From contig CAWBAT010000009.1 of NCBI GenBank assembly GCA_963786955.1, forward strand, positions 1-64,000: a stretch of 64,000 nt of DNA. Direction: 5' to 3'. The DNA is from an uncultured Acidimicrobiia bacterium (lineage in GTDB: Bacteria; Acidobacteriota; Terriglobia; Versatilivoradales; Versatilivoraceae). This document shows positions 61,244 through 64,000 of this stretch, one piece after another. Positions within the stretch are counted from its first letter, which is position 1. Each line of letters begins with the position of its first letter. The position numbers were made by a program, and so were the translations under genes. The notes beneath the pieces are model-generated. The model searched no databases, was not told the DNA's origin, and worked only from the letters and a program-made list of their open reading frames with translations.

Positions 61244-62320
61244 CTAGTTCTTCTGCCTTGTCGGATGTGCCTGGTCATAGTGCAACTTCAACAAATCGAG
61301 TCCCCAGTCACCTTCAAGTCCTCGCCAAACCGAATGGGCGTGATTCGCATTATTTTGAGTATTATCATACTCCACTAAAAACGTGGGCCCTTGGATCCGG
61401 TAATAATGACCGGTACCCGGCTCAAAGCCCCCCGCCCAGGCAAATCGAATCTTATCAGTCCCTGCCTTATGAATTTTAACGATTTCCGGCTCCGCTAGAT
61501 CCTCGGGCAAATTGTGGGCATATTCATCCACTAATTCCATCAAGAGAGTGGCCTGCTGCTTTGTCATCTTGCTGACCGAAAGCCCCTGGGCATTTGCCGC
61601 TTCCACCTTTCGCACGTTACTGGTGATGATGTCCTTGGGGGCTTCCTTATTGATAACGGCAAGTTCGGCTTGTTTCTTATCGAGAGATTTCACAAGGTCC
61701 CGGCCCAGATCCTCTTCCCGGGACAAGACCCGAAGTCCCTCACGCGGTCCTTGCTTGACTTCAGCGGGATTAGAACCCATGAAGGACGGAGCACTGGCAA
61801 TCCATTGTCCGCCGACCACCGTGTAATTGAGGGAAAGATGATGCCCTTCGAATCTCCATCCCCACGTCTTGCTTTCGGAAGGTTCCCCAAACAAAGAGAT
61901 AAAGTACAGATCCGGATCTCGAACGGGACCCTTTCCTTGTTCAAGCTCCTTCAAGATAGATTCCAGGCTCATGATGGTGGTTGCTTTCTGATACCCTCGC
62001 TGGCTCAGCCCGGAGCTGAGGAGCGCATGGGCCAGCTTTTGTTGGCTGGAGTCCAGTTCTTTGAAGGAGATCCCTTTTCGGGGAAACATGGAATCCGGTA
62101 TGAAATGCCAGACCATCCGCTGATCATCTTCAAATTGGAAAGTCGCCTTTGCTCTCTGTTCAGTCGAGAGGGACGCCAGAAAATTGAGACCGGCTGAAGC
62201 CATACTGCGGGAGGATTTCTGATATTGGTAGGATGCATAGGTCCATGAACCGGCTAGGAGCGAAACAAAGGCAACAAGTAATCCCAGCCGTCTGTTCGGA
62301 AAAAACCTTTCCATTTCCAT
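61244..62320 (-). CDS. DUF3500 domain exported protein
   Basis: WGWRFEGHHLSLN, YYRIQGPTFLVEYDN, NHAHSVWR. Confidence 0.9.
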   Translation of the reverse strand: MEMERFFPNRRLGLLVAFVSLLAGSWTYASYQYQKSSRSMASAGLNFLASLSTEQRAKATFQFEDDQRMVWHFIPDSMFPRKGISFKELDSSQQKLAHALLSSGLSQRGYQKATTIMSLESILKELEQGKGPVRDPDLYFISLFGEPSESKTWGWRFEGHHLSLNYTVVGGQWIASAPSFMGSNPAEVKQGPREGLRVLSREEDLGRDLVKSLDKKQAELAVINKEAPKDIITSNVRKVEAANAQGLSVSKMTKQQATLLMELVDEYAHNLPEDLAEPEIVKIHKAGTDKIRFAWAGGFEPGTGHYYRIQGPTFLVEYDNTQNNANHAHSVWRGLEGDWGLDLLKLHYDQAHPTRQKN

Positions 62321-62419
62321 TCCCTCCTACCTTCAATCGCCGGTTCAGTGCGGAACCTGTCGGTTTTTGATTATAGGGAAAGAGATTCGGGATAGCTAGT
62401 GTTTCTGTTGAGAGGCCAT

Positions 62420-62464
62420 TCGTGGGAGTCGCCGCCTATTTCCGTAGTGACACCCACTATTTTT
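62420..62464. terminator. Hairpin with T-tract downstream of the MBL gene
   Basis: GTGGGAGTCGC...GTGACACCCAC followed by TATTTTT on the plus strand. Confidence 0.35.
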
Positions 62465-62467
62465 GCG

Positions 62468-64000
62468 CTACCCTACCTCAACGACTGCTTCCGTGATCTG
62501 GCCCAAATACTTCCCGTCGCACATCACATCAGCCGCAATTGCAAACCGTGAGGAGACCGGGCGCCAATCTTTTGGGATTTGGACCTTGAACTCTCTTCGC
62601 ACTTTCTGCTGCGAGGGGACATCAAATCTTAGCACTTCCGGTTCTATATGCCATTCCCGCGGAGCTACCAGTGCCACCTCCATTTTCAGGGGTGCAGTCC
62701 GGTAGTTTTGGACTCGCACCTCTGCCGAGGATGATTCCCCCGCGCGTATGATCATTTGATACGGATAGAGACTGCACCAGCTTGGATCGAGCCCGAAATT
62801 GACATCCGGGTCCGCAATAATCTCATGGAAGAAGCGGGTCTGTCTTTTCAACTTTTCTTCGGTCATGAGCAAGTCACCCCGATTCACGAGGAATGGTTTC
62901 CCATGGCCCGGTGCAAGCAAGTTAGGTTCATGGTCAATCAAGTTACGGATCGACTTCAGATGACTGTCGCTTTCGACATGATTTCGAAAGATCAGGTTAT
63001 GCCGCAAGACGCTCTCGGAGGAATCCGGATTTGAAAAGAGTGCATCGCCCGTAAATGCTACTCTCGCTCCATCGATGCTGACAAATAACGCCATTTGATA
63101 CTCGGTATGCCCCGGTGAATGGGTGATCTCAAACTCATATTCCTCCCACTTGAAATGCTCCTTATCTTGAAAAGACCGTGAGACCCTAAATGGCTCACCT
63201 AAAATACATCCAAGGTTGTGACCGCGTGGGTTTTCAAAGATATCAACCATATTCTCGTAGCACCAGACCTGGGTATTGTAATGATTGATCAAATGTGGAA
63301 ATCCATTCATATGATCATCGTGCATATGACTGGGCATGGCCACATCAACAGCCTTCATGCCAAAACGCGATTTCAGATCACTGATGTTATGTTCCACAAA
63401 TCGAATTCGGTCGGTGGTCGCCGTGGCGCGCTCAAAATTGAAAAAATGTGTCCCAGAAGCAGAGCCATAATCAATAAACATCGCTTTCCCGCTGTTACTC
63501 AAGATGGCGTAAAAGGACGAAGTGGTAAGATGGTGGGCAATCAAATGCGGGCTGACGGCGTATCCGCGGGAGCTCAGGCTGGGTGCGTTTCCTGTTTGAA
63601 ACCGGTAATAATCTGTCAGGCGATCGATAGTTTGTTGAATGCCTGTGTCGGGATCCGGCAGCGGTTCTCCGTGCGAAGGACATACCAGTGCCGGTTTTTG
63701 TTCCCGCAATTGAGCGAGCGAAAAAACCCCCAAATCAACCCCTTCAAACCCGCCATAATTGACTTGTGTATCCCAAAGATTGACGAGTTTGCCGGGTGAG
63801 TGCATCAGATCCCCGCTGAAAGCCACCTTCTTCCCATCCACTTCAATGATCAGCGTGACCGAACCCAATGTGTGTCCCGGGGTAGGTAATACAAAAATAT
63901 CGCGTTTGCTCCAGCGAATGGTTCCATAATCATGAAGGACTTGAGCAACAGGAATATTCTCGGTGAGCGTATTGAAGTCGTTCCGAACATAGTAGAGGTG
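62468..64000 (-). CDS. Metallo-beta-lactamase-fold hydrolase with two MBL domains, 5'-partial
   Basis: PTPGHT, FSGD and PSHG in the first domain. SHMHDDH, SPGHT, FTGD and PGHG in the second. The frame is open to the window edge. Confidence 0.88.
   Translation of the reverse strand, partial: HLYYVRNDFNTLTENIPVAQVLHDYGTIRWSKRDIFVLPTPGHTLGSVTLIIEVDGKKVAFSGDLMHSPGKLVNLWDTQVNYGGFEGVDLGVFSLAQLREQKPALVCPSHGEPLPDPDTGIQQTIDRLTDYYRFQTGNAPSLSSRGYAVSPHLIAHHLTTSSFYAILSNSGKAMFIDYGSASGTHFFNFERATATTDRIRFVEHNISDLKSRFGMKAVDVAMPSHMHDDHMNGFPHLINHYNTQVWCYENMVDIFENPRGHNLGCILGEPFRVSRSFQDKEHFKWEEYEFEITHSPGHTEYQMALFVSIDGARVAFTGDALFSNPDSSESVLRHNLIFRNHVESDSHLKSIRNLIDHEPNLLAPGHGKPFLVNRGDLLMTEEKLKRQTRFFHEIIADPDVNFGLDPSWCSLYPYQMIIRAGESSSAEVRVQNYRTAPLKMEVALVAPREWHIEPEVLRFDVPSQQKVRREFKVQIPKDWRPVSSRFAIAADVMCDGKYLGQITEAVVEVG

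Overview
Bacterial chromosomal window of about 45 genes. The gene repertoire suggests an Acidobacteriota-like organism, which is an inference only. I found no rRNA, tRNA, CRISPR array, integrase or transposase. (1) 0.3-17.3 kb is a minus-strand accessory island: two exported CTAGR-motif sulfatases, a PpiC lipoprotein, a DUF3302/HlyD/NodT export module with no recognisable inner-membrane pump, NarL-type two-component genes, and an 8-heme cytochrome c fused to HEAT and TPR repeats. Most genes here carry single-base indels that look like long-read errors. (2) 18-33 kb is housekeeping: ruvX-mltG-M16 pair-bioF-bioD, an FNR-like reductase, DUF309, gap, glgP and a TrmN6-like methyltransferase. (3) 33-52.7 kb is an 8-gene MoxR/vWA system with a caspase-fold protein and a TPR-gluzincin, split by an oppositely oriented OmpA-like/BNR gene pair. 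(4) 53-64 kb holds a sigma70 lacking region 1.1 plus a Cys-rich MerR, a sigma54-type promoter ahead of two small genes, GT2/GT4/methyltransferase genes, DUF3108, DUF3500 and a partial MBL hydrolase. Intergenic DNA is rich in several REP/MITE families. The most notable signals are two REP-laden segments (267 bp and 519 bp, both multiples of 3) bounded by T[G/T]GCAA direct repeats, whose removal restores intact coding arrangements; the two uncharacterised multi-gene systems; and long nested inverted repeats at 46.46-46.63 kb and 52.82-52.95 kb. All family calls come from motif recognition by eye, with no database search.
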